Position numbers and translations under genes: made by a program. The notes beneath the pieces are model-generated. The model did no database searches and was not told where the DNA came from. It worked only from the letters and a program-made list of their open reading frames with translations. A stretch of 64,000 nucleotides of DNA, from contig OY970194.1 of assembly GCA_963708075.1 (NCBI GenBank), positions 5,120,001-5,184,000 of the forward strand. The letters run 5' to 3'. This DNA is from Sedimentisphaerales bacterium (GTDB lineage: Bacteria > Planctomycetota > Phycisphaerae > Sedimentisphaerales > Anaerobacaceae). Positions 47,344 to 58,284 of the stretch are shown piece after piece (the stretch's first letter is position 1; the number at the start of each line of letters is the position of its first letter).

Positions 47344-47372
47344 TTGACAAGGGCGGGATTGAGTCCTATAAT
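47344..47372 (+). promoter_or_regulatory. Consensus sigma-70 promoter
   Basis: TTGACA-N17-TATAAT, perfect match, ~110 bp upstream of the 47480 CDS. Confidence 0.8.
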
Positions 47373-47479
47373 AGTTGGTCGACAAAGGGAGCGTACGTGG
47401 TCACGGATCGGCCTATCACTAATGCGGCTGTCGGTATGCCTTTCCGAGGGCCGGGGGCACTTTTCGAGGAGGTGGGATC

Positions 47480-49387
47480 ATGCGAATTGGGACATTTTGT
47501 GTAGCAGCACTGGCGCTGATGGTTCCGGTGGGGACCGTCTGCGGGGGCTTGATCGTCAACGGGGACTTCGAGCTCGGCAACACCGGGTTCACGACCCAGT
47601 ACACGTACACGACGGACCTGTCGGAGTCGCGTACGATTGTGGTGGGCGTCGATCCCCAGCGGTACAACCCGCGGGCCGTGTCTTACGGCGACCACACGCT
47701 GGGTTTCGGCAAGATGCTCATCGTCAACGGGGCCGAGGAAGACGATGTCGTCATCTGGCAGCAGACCGTGTCGGTCACGCCGAACACGCAGTACGTGTTC
47801 GGCTACTGGCTGTCGAACTGGACCGACAACGACATCCGGCTGGCCCAGATCAAGTGCATCATCAATGGCGTCGAGCTCGGCCTCGGCTGGGCCCCGGCGG
47901 CAACGGGCCAATGGATCTTCGTATTCCACAGGTGGAACTCCGGCTCCAATACCCAGGCGACAATCAAGCTCATCAATAAGATCCGCGCACAGGTCAGCAA
48001 CGACTTTGCCATCGACGACATCGACCTGTTCGACATTGGGGACAACTACCTTCTGGTGGCGTACTCGACGCCGGGGGGCTCCGTAGCGACCCCGGGCCAC
48101 GGGGTGTTCATTTATCCGCCGGACGAGAGCGTCGAGCTGGAAGCCAATTGCGACAGCGGCTATGAGTTCGCGGGCTGGGGCGGCAACTTCTCCGATCCCG
48201 GCCACCTCCTGTGGATCGACATGAGTACGGACCGCACGGCGATTGCCCAGTTCAAGAAGCTCGACTACAGCGTGACGGTCCAGGCGTCGGGCTCGGCGCC
48301 GGACGAGTTCGCCACGTGTGCGGAGTCGGCCGACCGGCTGGCCGTCTTCCAGGGTGCCCTCGACTCGCTCTATCCAGGCGGATTGATCGTCGGCCAGCGA
48401 AAAGGGGTGTGCGATGCGACGTACCTGTTCCCGATTCTGATCCCCAAGGCCGGAATCAGAGACATCACGAAGATCGCCGTCAACATCTACGGCACCGCGC
48501 TCTCGGGCGCTCCGCTGGTGAAGGTGGCAGACAGCGGGTTCTACAAACCGCACATGGGCGACCTGCATCTGGCCTTCACGGGCAAGGGCATTGTGGATCT
48601 CCTGGGTAGTCCTGAAGGACCCGTGTGCTGGCTGCCCGTGGAGGTCAATGCCGTCACGACGGCCTGGGACGTGGCGGACGTCTATGTCTCCTACGACTGC
48701 TCGAGCATCTCCAGGAATCTGCTGCGCAGGTTCCACGATCACCTCAGCATCTCCCAGGCGCTGGAGGGCTATGCCCGCGCCGGGGACATCCGCGACCTGT
48801 TCAGCCTCAGGGCCAACCGAGAGTCTGCCTGGGAGGCCGTCGTGCAGACATCCGCACTGGCCGAGGACCTCGGCGGCTACAGTGACGCGCTTCCGAGCGC
48901 CATCGGCGCCTGCATCGAGGGGCTGGATGGTTTCCTCGCGCGTTGGCAATCGCTCGCGGATTCCGCCGACCTGAGCCTTCTCGCGCGGTGCAATTCCGAG
49001 ACGATCATGACCTGTCTCGATGCCGCCGTCTTGAGCGGCGGGTCTTACATCGCCACGTATGCGGATGCCATCGCCGATGGGCGCGTCGTTGCGGACGAGG
49101 CTTCACAGTTGAATCGAAGCGTCGCCCAATGGAAGGCCGACATGACCGCCCTGAACGCGACGATGAGCGAGGTGTTCCGCACGCTGGGCGAGATCTATCT
49201 CAATGCCTCTGCCCCGAAGGAAAAGGTGCTCCGTGACACCGCGGAGAAGATGATCCGCGCGATGGCGCCCTGGCGCACGGGAGAGGTCGACGACTACGGC
49301 TACTGGACGCCGTCGAGCTCGATTTACCTGGAGGAGGTCATTGGGACCCTGCAGGACTTCCCGGCGGAAGACATAGCCGTTCCGTAA
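47480..49387 (+). CDS. Secreted hypothetical protein (CBM-like N-terminus, InlB-B/Flg_new-like repeat, helical C-terminus)
   Basis: Signal peptide, VNGDFELGN..NDFAIDDI, GGSV..GYEFAGW; GAGGAGG RBS. Confidence 0.75.
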   Translation: MRIGTFCVAALALMVPVGTVCGGLIVNGDFELGNTGFTTQYTYTTDLSESRTIVVGVDPQRYNPRAVSYGDHTLGFGKMLIVNGAEEDDVVIWQQTVSVTPNTQYVFGYWLSNWTDNDIRLAQIKCIINGVELGLGWAPAATGQWIFVFHRWNSGSNTQATIKLINKIRAQVSNDFAIDDIDLFDIGDNYLLVAYSTPGGSVATPGHGVFIYPPDESVELEANCDSGYEFAGWGGNFSDPGHLLWIDMSTDRTAIAQFKKLDYSVTVQASGSAPDEFATCAESADRLAVFQGALDSLYPGGLIVGQRKGVCDATYLFPILIPKAGIRDITKIAVNIYGTALSGAPLVKVADSGFYKPHMGDLHLAFTGKGIVDLLGSPEGPVCWLPVEVNAVTTAWDVADVYVSYDCSSISRNLLRRFHDHLSISQALEGYARAGDIRDLFSLRANRESAWEAVVQTSALAEDLGGYSDALPSAIGACIEGLDGFLARWQSLADSADLSLLARCNSETIMTCLDAAVLSGGSYIATYADAIADGRVVADEASQLNRSVAQWKADMTALNATMSEVFRTLGEIYLNASAPKEKVLRDTAEKMIRAMAPWRTGEVDDYGYWTPSSSIYLEEVIGTLQDFPAEDIAVP

Positions 49388-49498
49388 GCTCGGCGTGAGG
49401 AATAAGCTTCACTATGTCACCCCCGCGCAGGCGGGGGTCCAGGATCGTTCGAAAGGTGGCTGGATTCCCGCCTTCGCGGGAATGACATGTGGGGCGCC

Positions 49499-49577
49499 GG
49501 GTGCCATGTCTACGCTTGCGTAGACATGTCTGACTCGATGGACAGGACATGCTTACGCGAGCGTAAGCATGGCGCCC
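49499..49577. repeat. GGGTGCCATG-type REPIN
   Basis: GGGTGCCATGTCTACGCTTGCGTAGACATG ... CATGCTTACGCGAGCGTAAGCATGGCGCCC; second copy 56753..56831. Confidence 0.85.
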
Positions 49578-49743
49578 GGCGCACAAATCAATCACGATCC
49601 ATACGAGGACGGCGAACCGATCCTTTCCTGAGTTCTTCACCGACATGAGCATATTCCTGAGCCGGAAAATGGTTGAAGCGAGTGCGCTGTCGCTGTATCG
49701 TCCTGATTCGTAGTTTACGGGCGGTTGTGAATAAGGAGCAGCG

Positions 49744-50352
49744 GTGCAGGACATACGGGCGGTTCTGTTCGACTGGGGCGGCGTGCTGATCGACAATCCG
49801 GCGTCGCCGCTGATGGACTATTGTGCGCGGGCGCTGGGGGTCTCCGTGGAGGATTATACGCGGGTGCATCATACACACGGTGAGGCGTTCCAGAGAGGGC
49901 GGATTCCCGAGGCGACATTCTGGCAGCGGGTGTGCGGCGCACTCGGCCGGCCATTACCGCAGACATCCTCGCTCTGGGGCGACGCGTTCCGGGCGGTCTA
50001 TTCTCCTCGCAACGACGTGTTCGCATTGGCGGACCGGCTGCACGCGAGCGGGTACAGGATCGCTCTGCTGTCGAACACGGAAGGTCCGGCGATGGAGTTC
50101 TTCCTGGAACTGCGCTACAAGGTTTTCGACGCCCCGATCTTCTCCTGCGCCGAGGGCGCGTGCAAGCCGGAGAGGGAAATCTACGAGATCGCCGCACGCA
50201 AGCTCGCGACGCCGGCAGGGCGGTGCGTCCTGATCGACGACAAGCCGGCGTTCGTAGAGGGCGCGCGGAACGCGGGCATGGAAGGCATCGTGTACGAGAG
50301 TCTCGAACAGATAAAAAGAGAACTGACAGAACTTGATGTGCGAGTGAAATAG
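49744..50352 (+). CDS. HAD-family phosphatase
   Basis: FDWGGVL, LLSN, KP, IDD motifs. Confidence 0.9.
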   Translation: MQDIRAVLFDWGGVLIDNPASPLMDYCARALGVSVEDYTRVHHTHGEAFQRGRIPEATFWQRVCGALGRPLPQTSSLWGDAFRAVYSPRNDVFALADRLHASGYRIALLSNTEGPAMEFFLELRYKVFDAPIFSCAEGACKPEREIYEIAARKLATPAGRCVLIDDKPAFVEGARNAGMEGIVYESLEQIKRELTELDVRVK

Positions 50353-50456
50353 GCCGCTGATTCCGGGTGGCAGCGTCAAGGCCGAAGGCCTTGGCGATGG
50401 CTCTAACGTCGTGAACTATCATTTGGTCATTTCGGCCTGCTCGATAGGGCAGGCAT

Positions 50457-51857
50457 ATGAATAGGAGACAACCGATGCGAGTGACCCCCAAGAGAGAGCT
50501 GTCTTTGTTCGACTCCACATCCATCATCGTCGGCATCATCATCGGAGCGGGCATCTACCTGATGGCGCCGGATATCGCCAGGGGGGCTCAAACGTGGTGG
50601 GGCGTCTTTGCCATCTGGATTGTCGGCGGACTGCTCTCGCTGGCGGGGGCCCTGAGCTACGCGGAGTTGGCGACGGCCTATCCGCGGGAGGGCGGCGATT
50701 ACGTGTACCTGAGCAAGGCCTACGGACGATGGGCCGGATTCCTGTTCGGCTGGGCCCAGCTCACCGTCGTTCGGCCGGGTGACATCGCGATCATGGCCTT
50801 TGCCTTCGCCACCTTCGGCCGGGAGATCTACGATCCCCTGGCGGCTTATCCCGGCGTCAGCCAGCGGGTCTTCGCGGGCGCCGCCGTGCTCGTGCTGACC
50901 CTCATCAACATCCTCGGCGTCAAGCAGGGCAAGTGGACCCAGAACCTCCTGACGACGGCCAAGGCACTGGGCTTGCTGGCCATTGTGGGCGTGGCCGTGG
51001 CAGCGCCTCGCGGGGCCGGGACGCCCGTCTCCTACGACGGCCTGATGCCGATGACCTGGTGGCTGGCCTTGATCTTTGTTCTCTTTACCTATGGCGGTTG
51101 GAACGAGATGGCCTACGTAGCCGCCGAGGTCAAGGACCCCCGGCGCAACATCGTTCGAGCCCTCGTGACGGGCACCGCCGCGGTCATCACCTTGTACCTG
51201 CTGGTCAACGTCGCGTTCCTTTACACACTGGGCTACAATGGGCTGGCGACCTCGAAGGCGGTGGCCGGCGATGCCATCGGGACGGTCTTTCCCGTCGTGG
51301 GCTCACGGCTGATCAGCGCCCTGGTGTGCATCTCCGCCCTGGGCGCAGTCAACGGCCTGATCTTCACCGGCGCCCGGATCTCCTACGCGATGGGTGAGGA
51401 CCACCGCCTGTTCCGCGCCCTGGGCCATTGGGACCCGCGCACAGGCACGCCGGTCTGGGCGCTGGCGGTACAGGGGCTGATCGCCCTTGCCCTGATCCTG
51501 GCCTTCGGCGGCTACATCGACGCGGTCCTCTACACAGCCGCCGCCGTTTACACCTTCTACCTGGGCACGTCCCTGTCCGTGCTCGTGCTGCGCTTCAAGG
51601 AGCCGGACGTCGAGCGGCCGTACAAGGTGACCGGGTACCCGGTCACGCCCCTGATTTTTAGCGGCGTCTGCCTGCTCCTGATCTACAACTCCATCATCTA
51701 CGCCAAGAACTTCAAACCGGTCAGCCTGATCGTTCTGGCCGCCGCATTGGGGCTGGGGGTCGTAATCTATGTAATCACGGCGGCCATTGGCTGGAATCGA
51801 AGCAGCAATCAACCTGCGGCAGAGCCGCCGGGAGTTTTTTCCTCGGACGTGCAATAA
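50457..51857 (+). CDS. APC-family amino acid permease
   Basis: GIIIGAGIY, YAELATAYPREGGDY, YGGWNE, RPYKV..YP. Confidence 0.92.
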   Translation: MNRRQPMRVTPKRELSLFDSTSIIVGIIIGAGIYLMAPDIARGAQTWWGVFAIWIVGGLLSLAGALSYAELATAYPREGGDYVYLSKAYGRWAGFLFGWAQLTVVRPGDIAIMAFAFATFGREIYDPLAAYPGVSQRVFAGAAVLVLTLINILGVKQGKWTQNLLTTAKALGLLAIVGVAVAAPRGAGTPVSYDGLMPMTWWLALIFVLFTYGGWNEMAYVAAEVKDPRRNIVRALVTGTAAVITLYLLVNVAFLYTLGYNGLATSKAVAGDAIGTVFPVVGSRLISALVCISALGAVNGLIFTGARISYAMGEDHRLFRALGHWDPRTGTPVWALAVQGLIALALILAFGGYIDAVLYTAAAVYTFYLGTSLSVLVLRFKEPDVERPYKVTGYPVTPLIFSGVCLLLIYNSIIYAKNFKPVSLIVLAAALGLGVVIYVITAAIGWNRSSNQPAAEPPGVFSSDVQ

Positions 51858-52027
51858 CGCTCACAAGAACGGCGTCTATTCAGGTGGATACTGGATACGA
51901 AACCTTACGCCCGGTAACACTCTGCAACCAGACGCCCATGCGTCGTTCTTAGATGAGCGGTCGTTCGCGGCCGCTCATCGCATTTTGACACATTCCCGGA
52001 ATGAAGAACCATAATCATAGGTGGCAC

Positions 52028-52208
52028 GGGTGCGGTTGGAATCCGGTGGCGATTGGTGCCGCTCTTCGTAGGGTGAGCGTCCCCGCTCGCCCGTTTTGTC
52101 GCATGGCCTCGCACCACATCCTGTCGGTTGCAGATCCCTGCAATGGACGAGCGGGGACGCTCGTCCTACGCGGAGACCCGAATCCGCCACCAAAGGCCGA
52201 CCACACCC
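52028..52208. repeat. Nested REPIN: GGGTGYGGTYGG outer pair enclosing a GTAG-type pair (52068..52169)
   Basis: Outer GGGTGCGGTTGG..CCGACCACACCC; inner GTAGGGTGAGCG..CGCTCGTCCTAC. Confidence 0.75.
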
Positions 52209-52819
52209 GGTGGCACGGGCAAACTCGTTTGCATCGTCCCAAGTTGTTGAGATTGGGCTGTCGGCAATGAACGCCACGAACGCAGGTTCTGACAGTTCCC
52301 CTGAGGGGCGCTGCCCCCAGACCCCCGGCATTTTCCGCTTTGAGCCGGCAACATGGAACGCAGAGCGAGCTTCTCCCGCCGCCGGGGCTGAACGATCCGG
52401 CTGTACGAAGACCCTGGAGTTCTTGGTGCCATCGCCTCGGCGGACTGCCGGCAGGGAGTTTACCGCTTTGGGGCCACCAGCATGATATATCGTATGCGCT
52501 GGCTGCAACAGTGCCCTGGAAAGAGCGATAGCCTGAACCATGCTGGAGGCCACAACGCGGCAAACTCACGCCGCGAAGCGGCGGAATCGGTTCGTCCGAC
52601 AGAGACATTGCTGTGCATGCAGTGGCCCAACCTCAAGAAGATGGGGCGCTGCCAACAAATTTGGCGGTGCCACCCCCACACAGAGGGACTCTCGGGGCGG
52701 ATGAACATGATTCCAGTCGTGGTCAGTTCAGTCGATGGAGATATGGACGGTCTGTGGCGGTTGTATGGACGGACCGATGGGGGGAGGGAATCGTTGCGAG
52801 AGCGGAGAGGTCTGGGCGG

Positions 52820-53368
52820 CTATTCGCAGTCCAGGGGCAGGTAGACGTTCTCGGTGGGGATGTGGAACTTGCGGCACAGGGCTTCCAGGAGCATCTCCAG
52901 ACGCTTCAACTGGTAGTTCGTGGGTGTCACGGCAACGCCATCACCGACCAGACATATGCGGATGGTCCGCTCCGAGCCCTGCCACGTGGCGCTGGGCCGG
53001 CTCGACCACTGTCTCTGCCACTTTTCCGTCGCCTGGATCTCGCCGTCGTCGGCGCCGTTGCCATTGCAGATGACGAAATGGCAATTCAGCTCCGCCGCAC
53101 CGGCCGAACCGTGCACGGCCGCCAATTGGGTGAGGCTGCCGCTCTTGGTGCCGCTGAAGAAGATCTGAATGCTGTTCCATCGATCCGGGGCCTGGCACTC
53201 ACGCGAGCGCATCACGTGGTCCACGGAGTTCAGTCGGTAGTAAGCGGACAGACAGAAGGGACCGGCGGACGGGGGATTACTGCCCAATACCATCAGGACA
53301 ATTGCCCCGGCGGTCATGGAGACTAACAGTGCGGCTAAGACTTTCGCTACCCTCGGCTGGTTCGACAT
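52820..53368 (-). CDS. Amidase_2/PGRP-like membrane-anchored protein, probably catalytically inactive
   Basis: HFVICNGNG..DGEIQAT..W..Q, IRICLVGD, PTNYQLKRL..LCRKFHIP..NV; the usual IHH Zn ligand is replaced by IFF. Confidence 0.7.
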   Translation of the reverse strand: MSNQPRVAKVLAALLVSMTAGAIVLMVLGSNPPSAGPFCLSAYYRLNSVDHVMRSRECQAPDRWNSIQIFFSGTKSGSLTQLAAVHGSAGAAELNCHFVICNGNGADDGEIQATEKWQRQWSSRPSATWQGSERTIRICLVGDGVAVTPTNYQLKRLEMLLEALCRKFHIPTENVYLPLDCE

Positions 53369-53584
53369 ATGCCTTCGACCACTTCACCCTTGCTCACGAA
53401 CCCCGCGCCCGCACCGCCACGAACTGATTTCTTCACCAGGGCGCAACAGTTATATATTCGTACATCGGCACTGACCAGCGTCTTGCTACAGAATTTATGC
53501 AAAATCCCGTCCTGCAATGCAAATTTCTGTGCATTTTCGAGATCGCTAGACCAGAGCCGGAACATCTTATAGGTCCACAGTTCC

Positions 53585-53614
53585 TTGACAAGCCGCGAGT
53601 CCGTACTCTATACT
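53585..53614 (+). promoter_or_regulatory. Sigma-70-like promoter of DUF4954-nagB
   Basis: TTGACA-N18-TATACT. Confidence 0.55.
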
Positions 53615-53736
53615 GCGCTTCCTTAATAGTTGTGGTTGGTGTGTCGGCTGGGCACACGGGGGTCGCCAACAGGATGTTGTGCGAGGAAGCCGTGTCGCAC
53701 GGGGCAGATGACCCGCCGATAGAAAGGAGACTCACG

Positions 53737-55746
53737 GTGTCACAGGGGCGAGCATTATCACCGCAGGAGATTTCACGCCTGACGGAGCAGGGATGCACCT
53801 GCGCGGACTGGTCGCAAGTCCAGGTGGCTGAGGGCTTCCGCCCGGAGCGCGTGAGAACGACGCACTTTTGCGGACCGGTCAAGCTCGGCGTGTTCGAGAA
53901 AGAGGTGTCCTTTTACGGCGGGGTAACCAAGCCCGCCGGCATCAGCCACGCCACGATCCACAACTGCACCATCGGCAACAACGTCTATATCAGCCAGGTC
54001 CGAAATTATATCGCCAATTACGTCATCGAGGACGACGCGGTCATCGACAACATCGACCTGCTGGCGGTTGATGGGCGAAAGCTCGTTCGGCAACGGCACG
54101 AAGGTCACGGCGGTCAACGAGGCCGGCGGCAGGGAGATCCCGATTTACGACCATCTCTCGGCACATACCGCGTACGTGATTGCGTTCTACCGGCATCGGC
54201 CGAAAGTGATCCAGAAGCTTCGCGACGATGATCGATGGGTACACCGCCTCCGTGCGATCGCCCATGGGATTCGTGGGCAAAGGCGCGCGGATCATCAACT
54301 CCCGGCTGCTCAAGAACGTCCGGATCGGGCCGGCCGCCATCATCGAAGGCGTCAATCGGCTCGAGAACGGATCGGTCAACAGTTGCCCCGAGGACCCGAT
54401 CTACATCGGCCCGGGCGTCTACGCCGAGCGATTTCATCGTCGCCAGCGGCTCGAAGATCACCGATGGCACGATCATCTGCCATTGCTTCATCGGCCAGGG
54501 CTGCGTGCTGGCCAAGCAGTACTCCGCGGAGAACTCCGTCTTTTTCGCCAATTGCGGCGGGTTCCACGGGGAGGCCTGCTCCATCTTCGCCGGACCCTAT
54601 ACCGTCACCCATCACAAATCCACGCTGCTGATCGCGGGGCTCTTCTCGTTCCTCAACGCCGGCAGCGGTACCAACCAGAGCAACCACATGTACAAGCTCG
54701 GCCCGGTCCACCAGGGCGTCGTCGAGCGGGGCTCCAAGACCGGCAGCGATTCCTACATGCTCTGGCCGGCCAAGGTCGGGGCCTTCACCGTCGTCATGGG
54801 CCGGCACTATCGCAACTCCGACACCTCGGACCTGCCTTTCTCGTACCTGATCGAGCACGACGACGAGAGCGTGCTGGCGCCGGGCGTGAACCTGCGGAGC
54901 GTGGGCACGGTCCGCGACGCCCGCAAATGGCCACAGCGCGACCGCCGCAAGGACCCAAAGAAGCTCGACCACATCAATTTCAAACTGCTCAGCCCGTACA
55001 CGATCCAGAAGATGATCAACGGCCGGGACCTGCTGTGCAAGCTCAAGGCCGCCGCCGGACCAACGTCCGATTATTTCGTCTATAACAGCGTCAAGATCCC
55101 CAACGGACCGCTCGAACGCGGCATCGAGCTCTATCAGCTCGGCATCGACAAGTTCATCGGCAACTGCCTGATCAAGCGACTGGAGGGCAAGCAGTTCGGC
55201 AATATTAAGGAGTTGCGGGCGGCGCTGCGGCCCGACACCGGCGCAGGGCCGGGAAAATGGATCGACCTGGCCGGCATGCTCGCCCCGGAAGAACTCGTCC
55301 GGCAACTACTGAACGATATCGAAGGCGGGGCGGTCAACACACTGGAAGATCTCGATGCCCGATTTGCCGCGATGCACGAGAACTACCCCGCGTACGAATG
55401 GGCGTGGGCTGTGGAAGTCCTGCAGACGCAATTGGGCAAGAGAATCGATGAGATCACGTTCGAGGACATTGTCGAGCTGACGCTGCGATGGAAGGAGGCG
55501 GTGCTGGAGCTGGACCAGCGGCTCTACGATGATACGAAGAAGGAATTTGCCGCTACGGCCCAGATCGGGTTCGGGCTCGACGGCGACAACGAGACCAGGC
55601 AGAACGATTTCGCGGCCGTCCGAGGCACGTTCGAGGCCGACGGGTTCGTTGCCCAGATTGAAAAACATATCGCCGCCAAGAGCAAGCTCGCGGACGAGCT
55701 GCTGTGCCGGATCGAGCCCTTGTGCAAGGCACGCGGCGGAAAGTGA
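53737..55746 (+). CDS. DUF4954-family protein (left-handed beta-helix-like); three frameshifts (~54073, ~54226, ~54428)
   Basis: AVNEAGGREIPIYDHLSA, GEACSIFAGPYTVTHHKSTLLIAG, SFLNAGSGTNQSNHMYKLGP; AAAGGAG RBS before GTG. Confidence 0.8.
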
Positions 55747-55787
55747 TATAGCTGTCACCCATTTTTCCCTATGAAAGGAGGGGATTC

Positions 55788-56600
55788 ATGAGAGTGATCA
55801 TTCAGCCGGATTATGAGCAGGCGTCCCAGTGGGTCGCCAATTACATGGCCGCGAGAATCCTCGCGTTTCGCCCGACGGCGAAAAAGCCGTTCGTCCTCGG
55901 CCTGCCCACCGGCTCCTCGCCCGTCGGGGCGTACGAGGCTTTGGTGAAGCTCTACGAGCAGGGCCGACTGTCCTTCAAGGACGTCGTGACGTTCAACATG
56001 GACGAGTACGTCGGCCTGCCCCAGGACCATCCCGAGAGCTACCACTCGTTCATGTGGCGCAACTTGTTCAGCCACATCGACATCGCCAAGGCCAATGTCA
56101 ACATCCTCAACGGCAACGCGCCCGACCTCGACGCCGAGTGCGCCTCGTATGAAGATAGGATCAAGAAGGCCGGCGGCATCCGCCTGTTCCTCGGCGGCGT
56201 CGGTGTGGACGGCCACCTGGCGTTCAACGAGCCCGGATCCTCGCTGACCTCGCGTACGCGCGTCGTCCGGCTGACCACCGATACCCGCATCGTCAACTCC
56301 CGCTTCTTCGGCAACGATCCGAACAAGGTGCCCGAGACCGCCCTGAGCGTCGGCGTCGGGACCGTCATGGACGCCCAGGAAGTGCTCATCATCGTCAACG
56401 GCCACAACAAGGCCCGCGCCCTGCGGCAGCTCGTCGAAGAGGGCGTCAACCACATGTGGACCGGCAGCGCCCTGCAGTTACACCCGAACGGCATCATCGT
56501 CTGCGACGAGGCCGCCACGCTGGAGCTGCGGGTCGGCACGGTGAAATACTTCAAGGACGTCGAGGCCGCCAGCCTCGACCCCGCCACCCTGCTGAAGTAA
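55788..56600 (+). CDS. nagB: Glucosamine-6-phosphate deaminase
   Basis: [33 protein letters not shown]. Confidence 0.96.
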   Translation: MRVIIQPDYEQASQWVANYMAARILAFRPTAKKPFVLGLPTGSSPVGAYEALVKLYEQGRLSFKDVVTFNMDEYVGLPQDHPESYHSFMWRNLFSHIDIAKANVNILNGNAPDLDAECASYEDRIKKAGGIRLFLGGVGVDGHLAFNEPGSSLTSRTRVVRLTTDTRIVNSRFFGNDPNKVPETALSVGVGTVMDAQEVLIIVNGHNKARALRQLVEEGVNHMWTGSALQLHPNGIIVCDEAATLELRVGTVKYFKDVEAASLDPATLLK

Positions 56601-56631
56601 GCTCGCTCTCCAATCGACAACGCCACGTCCC

Positions 56632-56831
56632 GGGTGGCAGCGTCAAGGCCGAAAGCCTTGGCGATGGCGCTTGCCTTGATGAGTCGGCCATCGCCAAGCT
56701 GCGCTTGACGCTGCCACCCGGCTGCTTTTCCTCGCGGGGTCAGCCAAGAGCTGGGTGCCATGCTTACGCTTGCGTAAGCATGTCTTGCCTATCGAATGGA
56801 ACATGTCTACGCAAGCGTAGACATGGCACCC
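56632..56831. repeat. Adjacent REPINs (GGGTGGCAGCG type 56632..56719; GGGTGCCATG type 56753..56831)
   Basis: Two inverted doublets matching the families at 28700/37014 and 49499. Confidence 0.85.
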
Positions 56832-56965
56832 GGCGAAGCCTGTTTGTAGTGTGCCCGTAAGAGCATTGAAAGAAACGCCTCACGGCGTCACTACGAGCAA
56901 AGCCTTCGGCCTGGATGATGCCCAGCCGGGATCGTACCTTTCCAGCCCGGGCACTTGCAGAAAAA

Positions 56966-57003
56966 CAAAGCAGGGGAGCGCCGTGTTGGCGATCCCCTGC
57001 TTG
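56966..57003 (-). terminator. Rho-independent terminator of PPIase gene
   Basis: AAGCAGGGGA..TCCCCTGCTT hairpin followed by TGTTTTT on the minus strand. Confidence 0.6.
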
Positions 57004-57036
57004 GATATCGGGAACAAGTAAACTCGTGGTCGGGGC

Positions 57037-58284
57037 TTACTGTTTGGCTGCGTTTGGCTCCGGCGCGGGTGTTGTTGCGGGTTGGGTCGCCGGTGCGGTG
57101 GTTGCTGCAGGACTTGGCGCCGGCTGACTTGGAGCGACTGGTTTCGGCGCCGGTGCGATGGCCGCCGGGCCTTCGCCTTCGGCGTAGACGATCTTCGCCT
57201 TCTCCCTGAGCGACTGAACGAACTGGCGAACGGCGGTCTGTCTCTTCTCTTTGGACAGTCCGTCGATGAGCGCGGTCTTGGCCTCCTCGAACGGGGTCGT
57301 CCCGGCGTCCTTGCGGTCGGTCACCTTGATGATGTGGTAGCCGAACTGGGTCTCGACGATGTCGCTGACGTCGCCGACCTTCAAGGCAAACGCCGCATCT
57401 TCAAACGGCTTGACCCACCCGCCGCGAGGATTCAACCCGAGGTCGCCGCCGTTGGCTGCGGACGGACAGTCCGAGTTCTCCTTGGCGATGGCCGCGAAGT
57501 CCCCGCCGTCCTTGACCTGCTTGTACAGCTTCTCGATCTTCTCTTTGGCCGCGGCTTTCACCTGGTTCGGATCGGCGTTCGGGTCCTTGGGCTGGGTCAG
57601 GATCAGGATATGGCTGGCCCGGACCTGCTCCGGAATCGCAAAGTCGTTCGGATGCGTATCGTAGTACTGCTTGGCTTCCTCGTCGCCGACTTTCACCGTA
57701 TCGCCCCACTTGGTCTCCATGAGCTTCATATAGCCCATGCCTCTGCCAAAGTCCTTTTTGACCTCCTCGAAGTTGCCGCCCTGGGCTTCGATGGTGGTTT
57801 TGAACTGCTCCAGGGTGACTGGCGGCTGCTGCTGGGCCCCGGTCTTGGTCATCTCGGCCAGGATGTCCGCATCGGTGATCTTGATTCCGGCGGCGACGAC
57901 CTGCTCATCGAGCAATCGCTCCACGACGAGATTCTCGAGCACCTGCTGCCTCGCCTGCTTTTTCACCTGCTCGGCATACTGGGGCGGCAGACTCGCCAGC
58001 CTGCTGCTGGCCTGTTTCATAGCCAAGGCGACCCGCTTGCTCAGTTCCAGCTCGGTAATAGCTTGGCCGTTCACCGTAACGACGGTCTTGTCCATCTGGG
58101 GCTCGACCGCGACCGGCTCGGGGGCGGTCGGCTCGGGCTTCACGCTGTTGGTATCCGCCGTCGGCGCCTTCTTCTGGCAGGCCAAACCGCTGATTACGAT
58201 CAGGATCAACACACACGATCCCAGGAACGACATCAGGCGGCCTGGTCCACCGGTAACTCGCATCATGGAGTGCTCCCTATTCAT
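57037..58284 (-). CDS. PpiC/parvulin-type peptidyl-prolyl isomerase lipoprotein (PrsA/SurA-like foldase)
   Basis: Lipobox GLAC, VRASHIL, FAAIAKENSD..GGDLG, FEDAAF, VETQFGYHIIKV. Confidence 0.92.
   Translation of the reverse strand: MNREHSMMRVTGGPGRLMSFLGSCVLILIVISGLACQKKAPTADTNSVKPEPTAPEPVAVEPQMDKTVVTVNGQAITELELSKRVALAMKQASSRLASLPPQYAEQVKKQARQQVLENLVVERLLDEQVVAAGIKITDADILAEMTKTGAQQQPPVTLEQFKTTIEAQGGNFEEVKKDFGRGMGYMKLMETKWGDTVKVGDEEAKQYYDTHPNDFAIPEQVRASHILILTQPKDPNADPNQVKAAAKEKIEKLYKQVKDGGDFAAIAKENSDCPSAANGGDLGLNPRGGWVKPFEDAAFALKVGDVSDIVETQFGYHIIKVTDRKDAGTTPFEEAKTALIDGLSKEKRQTAVRQFVQSLREKAKIVYAEGEGPAAIAPAPKPVAPSQPAPSPAATTAPATQPATTPAPEPNAAKQ

Noticed and set aside
52297..52480. IS-end-like sequence (GGGGCGCTGCCCCCAGACCCCCGG..)
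   Set aside because: No transposase frame or matching second end could be found.
53737..55746. Programmed frameshifting or true pseudogenisation in DUF4954, RND, TolC, HK and others
   Set aside because: Single-base indels scattered across unrelated genes, with no slippery heptamers or in-frame stops noticed, fit sequencing error better.
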